Assembly (NCBI RefSeq): GCF_006345805.1 | Contig: NC_043013.1 | Location: forward strand, 53,196,001-53,260,000 | From: Octopus sinensis | Lineage: Eukaryota | Length of the DNA: 64,000 nucleotides | Reading direction: 5' to 3' | In this document: positions 40,137 to 53,435 of the stretch, one piece after another | Numbering within the stretch: position 1 is the first letter of the stretch | Layout: every line of letters begins with the position of its first letter | Notes under the pieces: model-generated | What the model was told of the DNA's origin: nothing | The model's input: the letters and a program-made list of their open reading frames with translations, nothing else | The model's database searches: none | Position numbers and translations under genes: made by a program

Positions 40137-41005
40137 TATATGTACATACGTACGTACACACGTACATATATAATTACTTAGTACTGTTTGTTTTTTGTTA
40201 TACAAAAACAATTTTATATTCTACAGAAGGATAACTCAATACATTAGGTAGAGTACAAATTTATTATTTATTAACGGTAAAAGTACTGACAATGACTTCA
40301 AAGTATCGCCCAGCTAAGCCAGCATCGCATTATATATTCACACACACACATATATTTATGTATATAATTAATATTTAATACTGCTAATGGGGGATATTGT
40401 AAATATTTTTTTGTATTAACACTGCTTCAGGTTCTGTCAATTATTTTTATAAACCCCTCGGCTATTTGCAACACCAGTATCTGAACAGATACTGAGAATC
40501 TATATATTACTGATGAGCTGGGGGATATTGGTCTGTTATGTCCAGGTTGTTGTCTGTCATTGTTAAGTCCAAATCACATGATCTTGATAACTGTCCTTGA
40601 GAAAACGAATTCATATGACCTGGCAGTTTCGGCGTCTTTCATGTTAAATAGCGCAATATTCTGTGCTCTGACACAACTTCCAATTGAAATGGAAGATACA
40701 GAAGACAAGCGACACGCTTGAAACTCTGAGTATCATGGAGTTTGAATCAAACTGTTTTGATCTATAAACGTAACTCCCGATAACTCCCTTCTTTCCCTAC
40801 TCTACTCAATCGCATTTTTGTCACTGAACAGGTCTCGGATTTTAGCGACGAAAATATTTTGACAAATTAAATTTAAATGTTGAAGTGAATCGAACGGCTT
40901 TTGTGTGTTTCTTAAATGGCTTACAAACACCTTCCACGCTGCAATTGTTTTCGTTCCAGCACACGATCTCAGATCAAATTACTTGCTATGCGAGTACATC
41001 TCCGT

Positions 41006-41039
<34 letters not shown>

Positions 41040-42314
41040 ATATATAAATATATTCACACGCACACATATAGATTGAAATTTAAAGTGTGTCAAAAGTATA
41101 GTGGAGGAAGAGTATTCTATCGCTGTTGCAGAGTATATAAGGGTTTACCCACTCAATTGATATGTGTGTGTATGTGTTATGTGTGTGTGTGATATGCGTG
41201 TGTGTGTGTATGTTTGTGCGTATTTGTGTTCGAATGTGTGAATGCGGGGTTGGATGTGTATAAAACTCCATCTTGGTATTCTTACCTTATTTTATTACCA
41301 CGCTATCTTCCATTCATAATTACCAGAAAACACCTTTCTGTTGTTATGTTCTGTCACACATTACTCTCTGCTCAAAAGAAAAAAAGAAAAGAAAAAAAGC
41401 ATAGCTGAGAATTTCCAGAATTCCATAATATATCGAAACACCATTCTTCGTACGAGCTGCGTGCATCAGCTCGAAGATATATTCCTATACTAACATATTA
41501 TATCATCTTTATTTCGCCTAGCTTCAGCTAATCATTTCGCTATTTTATAGCCGAAAGCCAGGTTTTTAAAACCACGCAGATATTTCAGCTGCTCAAAGCT
41601 ATACAAACAATTCCATATAAACATAGAATCGGTAACGAATGTAACACATTATTTTCTCTTTTAATATTAATTGATCGATTCATTTCGTACCCTTTATGGC
41701 TGTCATTATTGTTAGTATACTGTTCTTGTTCTTGGTATTGTTTATGTTGTTGCCGTAGCCATGACCTGTCTAAAAACAAAAATTCTTGCATTTTCAGCCT
41801 CCCATTGTTGATCTCTTCCTATTCTTCCTTCACTTCCTCTTCCGCCACTTCCTCCTCATTCTCGCCCTCCAAGTTCTCCTCCTTCACTTCTTTCACGTCC
41901 TCCTCTTCTTACCTTTCTCCACATCTCCCACTTCTCTTACCTCCACATCTTCCTCCTCTTCTATATCCAGGTCCTCCTCCACTTTCTCTAAGGTCCTCCC
42001 CTTCCTCCCCGATTTCCTCATCTTCTTCCAGGTCATCTGCCTTCTTTTCCTCCTTTTTTTCTATTCTCCCTCCTCAACCCATCTTTTCCTTCTCCTCCCC
42101 ATTTTCCTCCTCCTCCTTACTTTTCCGCTTGTGACCAGATGACAGAGTTCTTAAAGCGACGCACAAAATGCCATACAGTATTACTTCTAGCTCCTTACGT
42201 TGTTTCTCTCATCTCATTGCACTCAACTTGGCCCTTCATCATTTTGATAACAAAAAGCGTCACTCAAATGGTGACGCCATAGACTCGACTAAAGTCCTCC
42301 TTTCAAAATTACTC

Positions 42315-42548
42315 TGCTTCTTTCTTCTTCTTCTTCTTCTTCTTCTTCTTCTTCTTCTTCTTCTTTTCTCTATTCTTCTTCTTCTTTTCTTCTCTTCTTT
42401 TCTTCTTCTTTTCTTCTCTTCTTCTTCTTCTTCTTTTCTTCTTCTTTATTATGTATATTATTATTATTATTATTATTATTTTATTATTATTATTATTATT
42501 ATTTTTATATTATTATTACTATTATCATCATCATTATTATTATTATTA

Positions 42549-42614
<66 letters not shown>

Positions 42615-42656
42615 TTATTACTATTATCATCATCATTATTATTATTATTATTATTA

Positions 42657-42725
<69 letters not shown>

Positions 42726-42760
42726 TTATTACTATTATCATCATCATTATTATTATTATT
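42315..42760. repeat. (CTT)n + (ATT)n compound microsatellite with ~110-bp internal duplication
   Basis: ttattactattatcatcatcattatt recurs at ~42515, 42620, 42730. Confidence 0.92.
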
Positions 42761-42879
42761 GGGAGAATCATAGGCGTGCCGAACAAAATACATAGTTGTT
42801 TTACTTGTTTGTCTTTACGTTCTGAGTTCAAATCCCACTGCACTCAGATATACGTTTCATCATTTCTGGATGAACAAAA

Positions 42880-43015
42880 TACGAGGGGTTTATGAAGAGT
42901 TCTGAGCCTTCAAGGCCTTTGAGCCTTCAAGTTTTGTACCTTCATCTGAAGTCGCGTACCGTGGTTTGTTTTTTGTCTTTTAGAGGGTCATGAATTTTCA
43001 TACACCTCTTCATAA
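42880..43015. mobile_element. Possible mariner-type MITE
   Basis: Left ta-cgaggggtttatgaagagttctga versus reverse complement of right end ta-tgaagaggtgtatgaaaattcatga; imperfect TIRs. Confidence 0.4.
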
Positions 43016-43024
43016 AATACCAGT

Positions 43025-43185
43025 CAGGTGTGGCTGTGTGGTAAGAAGCTTGCTTCCCAATCACATGGTTTCGGGTTCAATCTCACTGCGTGGCACCTTG
43101 GGCAAGTGTCTTCGACTATAGCCTCAGGCCGAACAAAGCCTTGTCAGTGGATCTGGTAGATGGAAATTGAAAGAAAACTTTCGTC
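43025..43185 (+). mobile_element. SINE family A 5' half
   Basis: tggctgtgtggtaag...gggttcaatctc...ccttgggcaagtgtcttc. Confidence 0.88.
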
Positions 43186-43196
43186 TGGATATTTTT

Positions 43197-43236
<40 letters not shown>

Positions 43237-43397
43237 CTTAAGTCCTTAAAAATGTTTCAGCCCGAAACATTGTGGCCATGCTGGGGAAGCACCTCTGAAT
43301 GAGCTACACTACTATGTGAGACCACCTCTGATACGTGACACTTGATATATATATATTATATATATATATATATATAATATATATATATATATGTGGG

Positions 43398-43428
<31 letters not shown>

Positions 43429-43707
43429 TGTCTGTGTTTGTTCATATATATGTAAATGATAAATTTCTGGAAAGTTTTACAGATATTACAGTTCCACTGA
43501 TGGATTGGATATGTAGTGTTCGAATTAGTTTTTTATGTATGTATGTATTTTTTGCGAATCTACAACGGAAGAATTTTACGAATCCTCTACGTTCTACGCA
43601 TTGTTACATTCCTTCACAGAAATTTACAAACATTGAGGTTAACAATGCACGTATATATATATGTGTATGTATGTGCACACAGATACACATACACACACAC
43701 ACATAAG

Positions 43708-43748
<41 letters not shown>

Positions 43749-44242
43749 ATATATATATATATATATAATGGGAGTGCGGATTATACATATACATACGCTT
43801 ACAAAATGGATAAACGAACAGACATACATATACAGACGTATAGATTTATAGATAATATATACAATCATACGTACAAATATACATACATACACGCATATAT
43901 ACAGGCAAACATGCACGCATATATACTGCTTTTTTCTGACGATAACAGTGCTCACGTGTATGCGTATTTAAACTTCCTCTTATTTTATGGTTATATGTGT
44001 ATTTGCGAAATTATATATTCACACCAGTATAAACAAATGCATATATATATATCCATATATACATTCACTTGTATATATAGATACATACACATATATATAT
44101 ATAAATATAAATATATATATATACTTATGTATGCGTATATATATATATATATACCTATACAAGTGTGTGTGTGAATATATATATACATATATACACATAT
44201 ATATTTATCAATAAATATATGTGTACACATATATATACATAA

Positions 44243-44276
<34 letters not shown>

Positions 44277-45090
44277 ATGTATATAAGTGTTTATAGATAA
44301 ATACATATGTAAGTATATGCATGTATATAAACACGAAAGAAACACTCTTAAACAGGATCGTAATGATGAACATAAAGAGGAGGTACTCCCGAAACTGCGA
44401 GTCATTTTTATGGAACCCAAGACTGCTGCGATGACCACACATCGCCATATAAAATGTCATGCAATTCCCATAAAAACATGCAAAATCTGGCAAATGTAAC
44501 ATACATTATGCTCTCAATTCACAACTCCAACCAGTTCGTCTCTCATCGCTGCACATCAATGGAAAGAAGTAATTTGGGACTGCTGTTGTTGTTGTTGTTA
44601 TTGTAATGCGTTGTCTTGTCTGCATTCAATGGTTCAATGAAAATGAGAGATAAATTATGTCGGAAGGAATATAAAGTGAAAAATAAACTTCATGCAGCGC
44701 CTACTTTAAACTTTTGTAACTCCGGTTGGTTTATGCGTTAGTAGTAACTTGTTAACCAACCGACATTTTTGCATATATATAGAGAGATGGATATATACCT
44801 GTGTGTGTGTGTGTGTATGTGTGCGTGTGTGTGTGTATGTGTGTGTGTGTGGTGGTGTGTGTAGGTAAGTAGGTAGATAAGGTGGTAGATAAGAAAGTGG
44901 AATATACAAAAATTGGTGGGAGACGTTTTGCGACAGGGATGGTTTGGGCAATGTTACATAATTAGAAAACAAACAAATCACTTATTCTCTCTCTCTCTCT
45001 CACTCTCTCTCACGCACACACACTCACACAAAACACAAATACATTCACGTATACACACACACACACACATAAATGTGTATGTGTGTATGC

Positions 45091-45872
45091 GAGGCGAGCT
45101 GGCAGAAACGTTAGCACGCCGGGCGAACTGCTTAGGGGTATTTCGTCCGCCGCTGCGTTCTGAGTTTAAATTCCGCCGAGGTCGACTTTGCCTTTCATCC
45201 TTTCGGGGTCGATAAATTAAGTACCAGTTAGGCACAGAGGTCGATGAAATCGACTTAATCCTTTTGCCTGTCCTTGTTTGTCACCTCTATGATTACCCCC
45301 TTGTGGGTAGTAAAGAAATAGGTATTTCGTCTGCCGTTACGTTCTGAGTTCAAATTCTGTGGAGGTCTAGTTTGCCTTTCATCCTTTCGGGGTCGATTAA
45401 ATAAATACCAGTTGTGCACTGGGGTCGATATAATCAATTTAATCTGTTTGTCTGTCCTTGTTTCTCCCCTCCGTGTTTAGCCCCTTGTGGGTAGTAAAGA
45501 AATAGGAATTTTGTCAGCCGTTACCTTCTGAGTTCGAATTCTGCCGAAGTTGACTTTGCCTTTCATCCTTTCGGGTTCGATAAATTAAGCACCAGTTACG
45601 CACTGGGGCCGATGTAATCGACTTAATCCCTTGTTTGTCCCCACTATGTTTAACCCTTGTGAGTAATAAAGAAATAAGAAACGTTAGGCGACATTCTAAG
45701 CGGCATTTAATCTGTCTTTACGTTCTGAGTTCAATTTCCGCTGAGGTCGACGTTGCCTTTCATTCTTTCGGGTTGATAAAGCAAGTACCAGTTGTGTACT
45801 AGGGTCGATATAATCGACTGGCACCCTCCCCCATAATTTCGGGGCTTGTGTCTCGAGTAGATAAAAAGGATA
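45091..45872 (+). mobile_element. SINE family B, 4 modules
   Basis: Modules at ~45163, 45347, 45530, 45727 followed by the family tail. Confidence 0.9.
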
Positions 45873-46000
45873 TATATATATATGTGTGTGTGTATAACAT
45901 GGCGGGTGTTTGTCTATAATCCCGAAACAAAGGCTCGATTTTCGCGGTGGAAGACTACAAAATCACTTCAAAATGTCCTAGAAATCCAATGGAATCGATA

Positions 46001-46330
46001 TGGCATCTTGGGTAAGTGTCTTCTGCTATAGCCCCGGGCCGACCAACGCCTTGTGAGTGGATTTGGTAGACGGAAAATGAAAGAAGCCTGTCGTATATAT
46101 GTATATGTGTATGTGTCTGTGTTTGTGTGTCTGTGTTTGTCCCCCTAGCATTGCTTGACAACCGAAGCTGGTGTGTTTACGTCCCCGTCACTTAGCGGTT
46201 CAGCAAAAGAGACCGATAGAATAAGTACTGGTCTTACAAAGAATAAGTCCCGGGGTCGATTTGCTCGACTAAAGGCGGTGCTCCAGCATGGCCGCAGTCA
46301 AATGACTGAAACAAGTAAAAGAGTAAAAGA
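46001..46330 (+). mobile_element. SINE family A, 5'-truncated
   Basis: Core to tail ...ccagcatggccgcagtcaaatgactgaaacaagtaaaagagtaaaaga. Confidence 0.9.
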
Positions 46331-47665
46331 TATATATATATATTGTTTGTATGTATGTATTTATGTCTTTATGTATACATGTATATATATACATGCAAAA
46401 CATACATATATATATATATGCATACATATACATATATAGATATTTGTATGTATGCATATACATCGTCACAAGATATCACGCTCGTCTGCATGTAAATTTC
46501 GCGTGGAATTCTGAGGTGATGGTCGTAAAATATTTAAACGTTTTGAACGAGTAGTTACCAAAGACGTTCAGCAGAAGTATTTACACCCTAATTGGAATAC
46601 GAGTACGAATGCATTTGCCTGAAATACTGTTCGAAAGACAATATCCGGCAATATATGGTTCTTAAATGATAAAATCCATATTCCATTAAGGCTAACTGGT
46701 TGTGTTTGGCCTTGTGATTGCTTCTGAAAGCTTTAAATTGAAGAATTTATTAACTGAAAATATGAACTTCTTATTAATAAATGTTTAGAAGTTGATGTGG
46801 TGTGGCAATATTGTAATCTTCTGATTCCAAATAAGTCATGATTAAAAGCACCAAGAAATACGAAGACATTCGTTACAATTGAGTGCTACATTTCTTTCCA
46901 CACTAATAGAACGTACAGCCAACTGGTACAACGTGAATAATACTGTTAGCAAATAAACATTGGTTTCTCTTGCAGGTGGTACACGACGATTTGTGCGGGA
47001 AGGTGCACGGCATCGCGTCGAAGCCCTCTGATGATTAGAATCCCCCCTCTGAGCTAGTTTGGAGGAAATTCTTTCTTTATACCTGTCGTATGGGTTCGGA
47101 GAACGAACGAAGTTTCAGCGCGCTTTCTTGGTTTGGCAAGTGGTCTGATTGGATAACTTAAAGTATCCTGTCCCAATAAATGGATTTGGTCAATGTGCAA
47201 AACTCCACGTGACCCGGTCATATGACCACTTGCAGATAAAAACAGGCGTGCCAAGAAGCTATGCGCCTATTTAAGACTAAACAGCCAAATGGCAAACATG
47301 CTTCTTCTACAGAAGTTTCATCATGAATCGGAAGAAAGTTTCCATCACAATATTATTTTCTATTCGCTCAACCGATTCATATTTATGGTACGCACTGTAA
47401 CCACTTGCCGGCATGATATTGGCTCATACAACCCTAATACTGATGTATGTATGCATGTATGTAGGTATGTATGTATGTATGTATGTATGTATGTATGTAT
47501 GTATGTATGTATGTATGTTGTATGCATGTATGCATGTATGTATGTATGTATGTACGTATGTTTGTATGTATGTTTGTATATGTGCGTTGTAACCAGCGGT
47601 TTATTAAAATATCCTATGGTATGGTCAATACCTTGATTTATGTGTGTGTATGTGTGGATGCAGGG

Positions 47666-47710
<45 letters not shown>

Positions 47711-47713
<3 letters not shown>

Positions 47714-47898
47714 GGTCCCGGGTTGATTCGGGGTTAACCACAGTAAATAAGGTACTCAATACATAGCAGAGTAAAATTAATTTATTATATAGAAGGAGCT
47801 TCTACAGGACTAGAACTGTTTCATTCAAGAGAAATCTTCAGGAAGATTTCTCTTGAATGAAACAGTTCTAGTCCTGTAAGCTCCTCTATATAATAAAT
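47711..47898 (-). mobile_element. Short Penelope-like fold-back fragment in (TA)n with hammerhead core
   Basis: ~58-bp arms 47780-47839 / 47842-47898; minus strand reads CUGAAGA-UUUCUCUUGAAU-GAAAC-AGUUCUA-GUC. Confidence 0.7.
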
Positions 47899-47925
47899 AT
47901 ATATTATATATATATATAATATATA

Positions 47926-47958
<33 letters not shown>

Positions 47959-48194
47959 ATATTATATATTATGTATGTATGTTATGTGTATATATATATA
48001 TATATATGCCCCAGCATGGCCACAGCTCATTAGCTGAAACTGGAAAATCAAAATGAAAAATCAAATATAATATATATATATATATATATTTATGTAATAT
48101 TTATATATATATATGTATGTATATATATACATATATATGTATGTATACACACACACACAAACGCACGCACACACACACACACACATATATATTA

Positions 48195-48603
48195 CTCTTG
48201 TACTCTTTTACTTGTTTCAGTCATTTGACTGCGGTCATGCTGGAGCACCGCCTTTAATCGAGCAACTCGACCCCGGGACTTATTCTTTTTGTAAGCCCAG
48301 TACTTATTCTATCGGTCTCTTTTTGCCGAACCGCTAAACACACCAGCATCAGTTGTCAAGCAATGCTAGGGGGACAAACACAGACACACAAACACAGACA
48401 CACAAACACAGAAACACATATATCTATATACATATATACGACAGGCTTCTTTCAGTTTCCGTCTACCAAATCCACTCACAAGGCATTGGTCGGTCCGGGG
48501 CTATAGCAGAAGACACTTGCTCAAGATGCCACGCAGTTGGACTGAACCCGGAAATTTGTGGTTCGTTAGCAAGCTACTTACCACACAGCCACTCCTGCGC
48601 CTG
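48195..48603 (-). mobile_element. SINE family A, near full length
   Basis: aggcgcaggagtggctgtgtgg head through tail. Confidence 0.92.
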
Positions 48604-49425
48604 TATATATACATAAGTATGTGTGTGTGTGTGTGTGTGTTATATAAGCATACATGCAAGCAATACACAACCAACGGAGTCGTCTGCTGTCAATGAATCT
48701 TAATCTGAAACAGCGAACGTATCTCTCCATTCTGCAACTGTTTTCTCTAAGCTTTCCTTTGTTAATTCTGCCTGGCTTTAATAGCATTAATGTTATTCAT
48801 TTTAATGACTCGTACATTTTAACATATTAAGAAACACAAGCCCACGCACAAAAACTCACTTATTTACATAGGGATACGTATATTTCAGTATATAGATTTA
48901 CTCTCGTGTGTCTGTGTGTGTATGTATAACGTTGCCTGACCTAAGATATAGTAATTTATTGGAATAAAATTTCGTTTAGAGAGATATATCTAAATGGGTA
49001 ATTAGTGGTATTAACGTTGGAAATGGAGGTACATTGAAAATGTGGTTTTAATAACTCTCTTAAAGAGATAGGTGACTCAATTAATGGGAAATAAACTACA
49101 ATATGAAACTAGAAACCTATTTTAATTTCGTTTACATGTAGAATGCATTATCATATATGTATAATGGTTGCGCCATCTTCACAGATGCTTGCCGTCTCCT
49201 TTTTCCTTTCTCCTTGTCATTGGCGTTTCTGAGTTACTGTCAATGATATCTCACATTACATTTCAGTTCCGATGTAGATCTGCGTGGTTTGAAGCATAAG
49301 TGGCTGGCGAAAATTGTATCATGCTGCAAGTTTCCAACTAGTTAGTGTTACACACGCTGCCACTCTTCTATCGCCATAGAACTTTTAGTGGATAGAACAA
49401 ACAATCAGATCACCATTAAGAGGCA

Positions 49426-50449
49426 TCTATACGTCGTTAGATTATAGTGATAAATGCTTGTGCAACACGATTGCCACGCTCCAAGACTCTGTAATTAGTA
49501 CCAAATGACAGACGGAAGCAAGATGACAAGAAATCCCATGAAACCGTAGGTTTTAAATCAACGTGTCCCTCTCCTAGACGGGCGGTGTTTTTGGGGTGGT
49601 CATTAGCGTCGCGAGGCGACGGCGAGCAGCGCCTAGAAGATAAAGAGGAAGAAAAAATTTTTAAAAATAAGAAAAAGAAAAAGAAGAGGGCAATAAAAAG
49701 AACCAGGCAAAGAAGACGAACAAAAGAAGAAAGGGAAAAGGAGACAACACGCACAAAACAACACCACCACCAAAACCCGAGCGAAGCACAGGTCAAAATA
49801 GCTAGTCTTATAATAATTCTGCTTGATCATCCGTTACTTAGCCAGTCCGTAACGCTTTCACGTGATAAGATGAAGAGCGGATGGGAGGGAGGTAAAAGGC
49901 GTGAGGGAAATATGTATTTTTTAAAACTATTTTTCCTCCGTTACTTAGCCCACCTGTAACGCTTTCAACTGATTACTTGAAGGGGGGGGGCGTGAGGTAG
50001 CGAAAAGGAATGGGAAGGGTGGGGAGGGGAAAGATGTAGTGGTGAATGGGAGATAGTGGAGGAAAGGGAAGGGAAAGGTGGTGGTGAGTGAAATGTAGTT
50101 TTTTCCTCCATTAATTAGCCTGTCTGTAAGGATTTCATGTGATTAGTTGAACGAAAGGCGACGAGCGAGAGAAAAAGAGGGTAAGGCAAAGGGTGAGAGA
50201 GAAAGAGGTATTAAGTGTGTATTAAGTCTATAAAATTGTGTATGAAGTATATAGAGTGTAGATATATAAAGTGCATTAAGTAATCATCGTATTCCAATTT
50301 CCTTCACTTTTCAATGATTAACAGACGAGCGACTATCTTTTGATACAGACACAAAACAGGCGACGCTTTCAGATGTTTTGTACAAACAGTTCAGAAATAA
50401 CCCAAGAAGGTTTCCATTAATTTCGTGCAATATTCGCGGGTCTTGCTAG
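49426..50449 (+). mobile_element. Probable non-autonomous Helitron with internal sub-repeats
   Basis: 3' end cgtgcaatattcgcgggtcttgCTAG|T; candidate 5' A|TCTATAC (less certain); internal cc.tta.ttagcc...gtaa.g.tttca..tgat repeat three times. Confidence 0.55.
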
Positions 50450-50454
50450 TTAAA

Positions 50455-51040
50455 TATTCTTTTCTACTCAAGGTAGAAGGCCCGAAATTTAGAAGGAGGT
50501 GACCAGTCGATTAAGTCGACCTCAGTATGCAACTGGTAGTTAATTTATTGACCCCGATAGGATGAAAGGCAAAATCGACCTCGGTGGAATTTTAACTCAG
50601 AAAATAAAAACCAGACGAAATACCTATATCTTTACTACCCACAAGGAGCTAAACACAGAGGGGATAAACGAGGACAGAGAAACGGATTAAGTTGATTGTA
50701 TCGACCCCAGTGCGTAACTGGTGCTTAATTTATCGACCCCTATAGGAAGAAAGACGAAGTCGACCTCGGCAGAATTTGAACTCCGAACGTAGCGGCAGAC
50801 GAAATACCTATTTCTTTATTAACCACAAGGGGCTAAACATAGAGGGAACAAACAAGGACAGGCAAACGGATTAAGTCGATTACATCGACCCCAGTGCGTA
50901 ACTGGTACTTAATTTATCGAACCCGAAAGGATGAAAGGGAAAGTCGACCTCGGCGGAATTTAAACTCAGAACGTAACGGCAGACGAAATACCGCTAAGCA
51001 TTTCGTCCAGCATGCTAACGTTTCTGCCAGCTCGCCGCCT
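50455..51040 (-). mobile_element. SINE family B, 3 modules
   Basis: Head at 51040 (aggcggcgagctggcagaaacg), three modules, tail at 50455. Confidence 0.9.
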
Positions 51041-52196
51041 CCTGCTAGTGAAATATTATTAGAGAGAGTGCGTGAATTTTTGTTTTTTTAATACTTTGTG
51101 TATTGCAGAATTATAACCAGTTTATTGGGCTTAAGTTTTAGCAAATAAAATCTTAAGTGAACGCCTTAGAGTCGTATGGTCAACGGTTGAGAAACACTGT
51201 ACAAGATAATGTAGTCCAAGATGCATGATGCCGGAAGTAGCAGAGATGGTTATGGCTGGAACGCTTTTAATTACAGATATACTTCATCATGGCTGACCTG
51301 AAATATAGCACAACAGCTAGCAGTAACGAAATGGTGTCCGACCGGTTGTTGTGTTGAGAGAATTGATGGGCTGCAGAGGACTGCTTCCGTGGCATCGCTT
51401 CGGCCACATTCCAAGGAATAATAGCTCTTAATTCTTTCAAGTCCTTCAATTTTATTGTACTGAGGTTGAATTACAGAAGGAACTGTTGGTCTTTAGCAAT
51501 ACGAGCAACTCTTGAGGGAGAAGATTTTAACCACAAATACTAACTGATTAAAGAAGGCTGCGAGTCTGGGAACGAACTGTTTAGGGATCGACTGAACTGC
51601 GAGAAATAACGAAATTCTCGCAAAGTTCTTATAAAGTATGTCTGCGTAGAGAAGATGGCCACGGCCAGAACTGCTTTCATCATCGGATCGATTTTTCTTA
51701 AAAAATCCTAAGTGTATCAGAAACAGAGAATAGATGTAACTAAGTCATTTTTCAAAGAAGGTCAACGTCGAGACTAATACTGGCTGAATAGCGGAAATTC
51801 TCTTCTGATCAAATAGGTGGTGCGTATGTTCTATGAAGTAAAGACACTCAAGGACCAAATAAAATGACCGAATGAACCGACCCCCACCCATCGTCGGGTT
51901 TTCCTGCAGATTTTATTTTCCAAGTTTCACTTATAATTATCGCATTAAACCGAGGATTTTCACAGAGGTCACTTGCCCAAGTGTTCATAACTGCCAGACA
52001 ACAACACATCTCATCCTCTTCCCATCCACTCTTCCTCTTCCCCTCCCTTCCTCCTCCTAATACAACTACTACCACCACTGAAAGAATGATTCTCAATTTC
52101 CTTTTATATCATTTGTTATTGTAAGCGAACTTGTGTATGTGTGTGTGTGTGCGTCTGTACGCGTATAAATATATGTTTATCATTATTATTATTATT

Positions 52197-52637
52197 GAGT
52201 GAGAGAGCAGTTCATGCCATCAAAGTGACACTGGGGTAAAATATACGAAGCCCAATATACCCATCATGACTACCCGTCTGATAAAGGTACACCAGGCACA
52301 TGCATCACAACCATATGTGCGCGACATGGTGATCTCATATCAAGATAAACAGCACATGACCTTGCGGGTGGGGCCCAGTTAGAATTTTCTTCAGGTTGAG
52401 TAGCCCATCCCGCTCAAAAGGTCCCTGAATAAGGATTGTTTAAGGATGTTGAAATAACCACCCATGTTTCCAGAGGTGAATTATTCAAACCCCAAAGAAT
52501 CCCTCTCAACACCTGGCTATAATGCTCCCCCACTACTTCTGCTCTCGTGATCAGAGATGCACATATCGTCAGCCCTAAGGGACATGCTCAACTGGTTAAG
52601 GTCAAACAACTGACAAGCAAATCTGTGGTATTGAGCA
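52197..52637 (-). mobile_element. ~560-bp TAA-targeted element, truncated copy
   Basis: Matches 10281-10720; flanked by (ATT)n. Confidence 0.85.
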
Positions 52638-52645
52638 TATTATTA

Positions 52646-52692
<47 letters not shown>

Positions 52693-52736
52693 TTAATTAT
52701 ATTATTATTATTATCATTATTATTATTATTATTATT

Positions 52737-53291
52737 GAGTGAGAGAGCAGTGCATGCCATCAAAGTGACACTGGGGTAAAATATACGAAGCCCAATATAA
52801 CCATCATGACTACCCGTCTGATAAAGGTACACCAGGCACATGCATCACAACCATATGTGCGCGACATGGTGATCTCATATCAAGATAAACAGCACATGAC
52901 CTTGCAGGTGGGGCCCAGTTAGAATTTTTCTTCAGATTGAGTAGCCCATCCCGCTCAAACGGTCCCTGCATAAGGGTTGTTTAAGGATGTTGAAAGAACC
53001 ACCCATGTTTCCAGAGGTGAACTATTCAAACCCCCAAGAATCCTCTCAACACAGGCTATGATGCTCCCCCCACTACTTCTGCTCGTGATCAGAGATGCAC
53101 ATATTGTCAGCCACGAAGGGACTGCTCAACTGGTAAGGTCAAACAACTGACAAGCAAATCTGTGGTATTGAGCAGAATATTTGCTGTAGCCCATCTTTTA
53201 TACCAAGACAAAACAATGTACATGATAACACTTCCAATCAGTTAAGATCAGAAGCCATGAGAGCCACTGCCTGGTACTGCATCAGGGCATT
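52737..53291 (-). mobile_element. ~560-bp TAA-targeted element, full copy
   Basis: Same two ends as 10281-10840. Confidence 0.85.
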
Positions 53292-53389
53292 TATTATTAT
53301 TATTATTATATTATTATTATTCTTATTTATTATTATTATTATTATTACACCACACCACACACACACACACACCCACACACACACACTAT

Positions 53390-53435
<46 letters not shown>

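Noticed and set aside
49825-50160. CRISPR-like repeat-spacer pattern
   Set aside because: Repeats are degenerate, spacers are low-complexity and unequal, there are no cas genes, and it lies within a probable Helitron
51230-51900. Possible exon or LINE remnant
   Set aside because: No recognisable translation or consistent splice pair could be supported by eye
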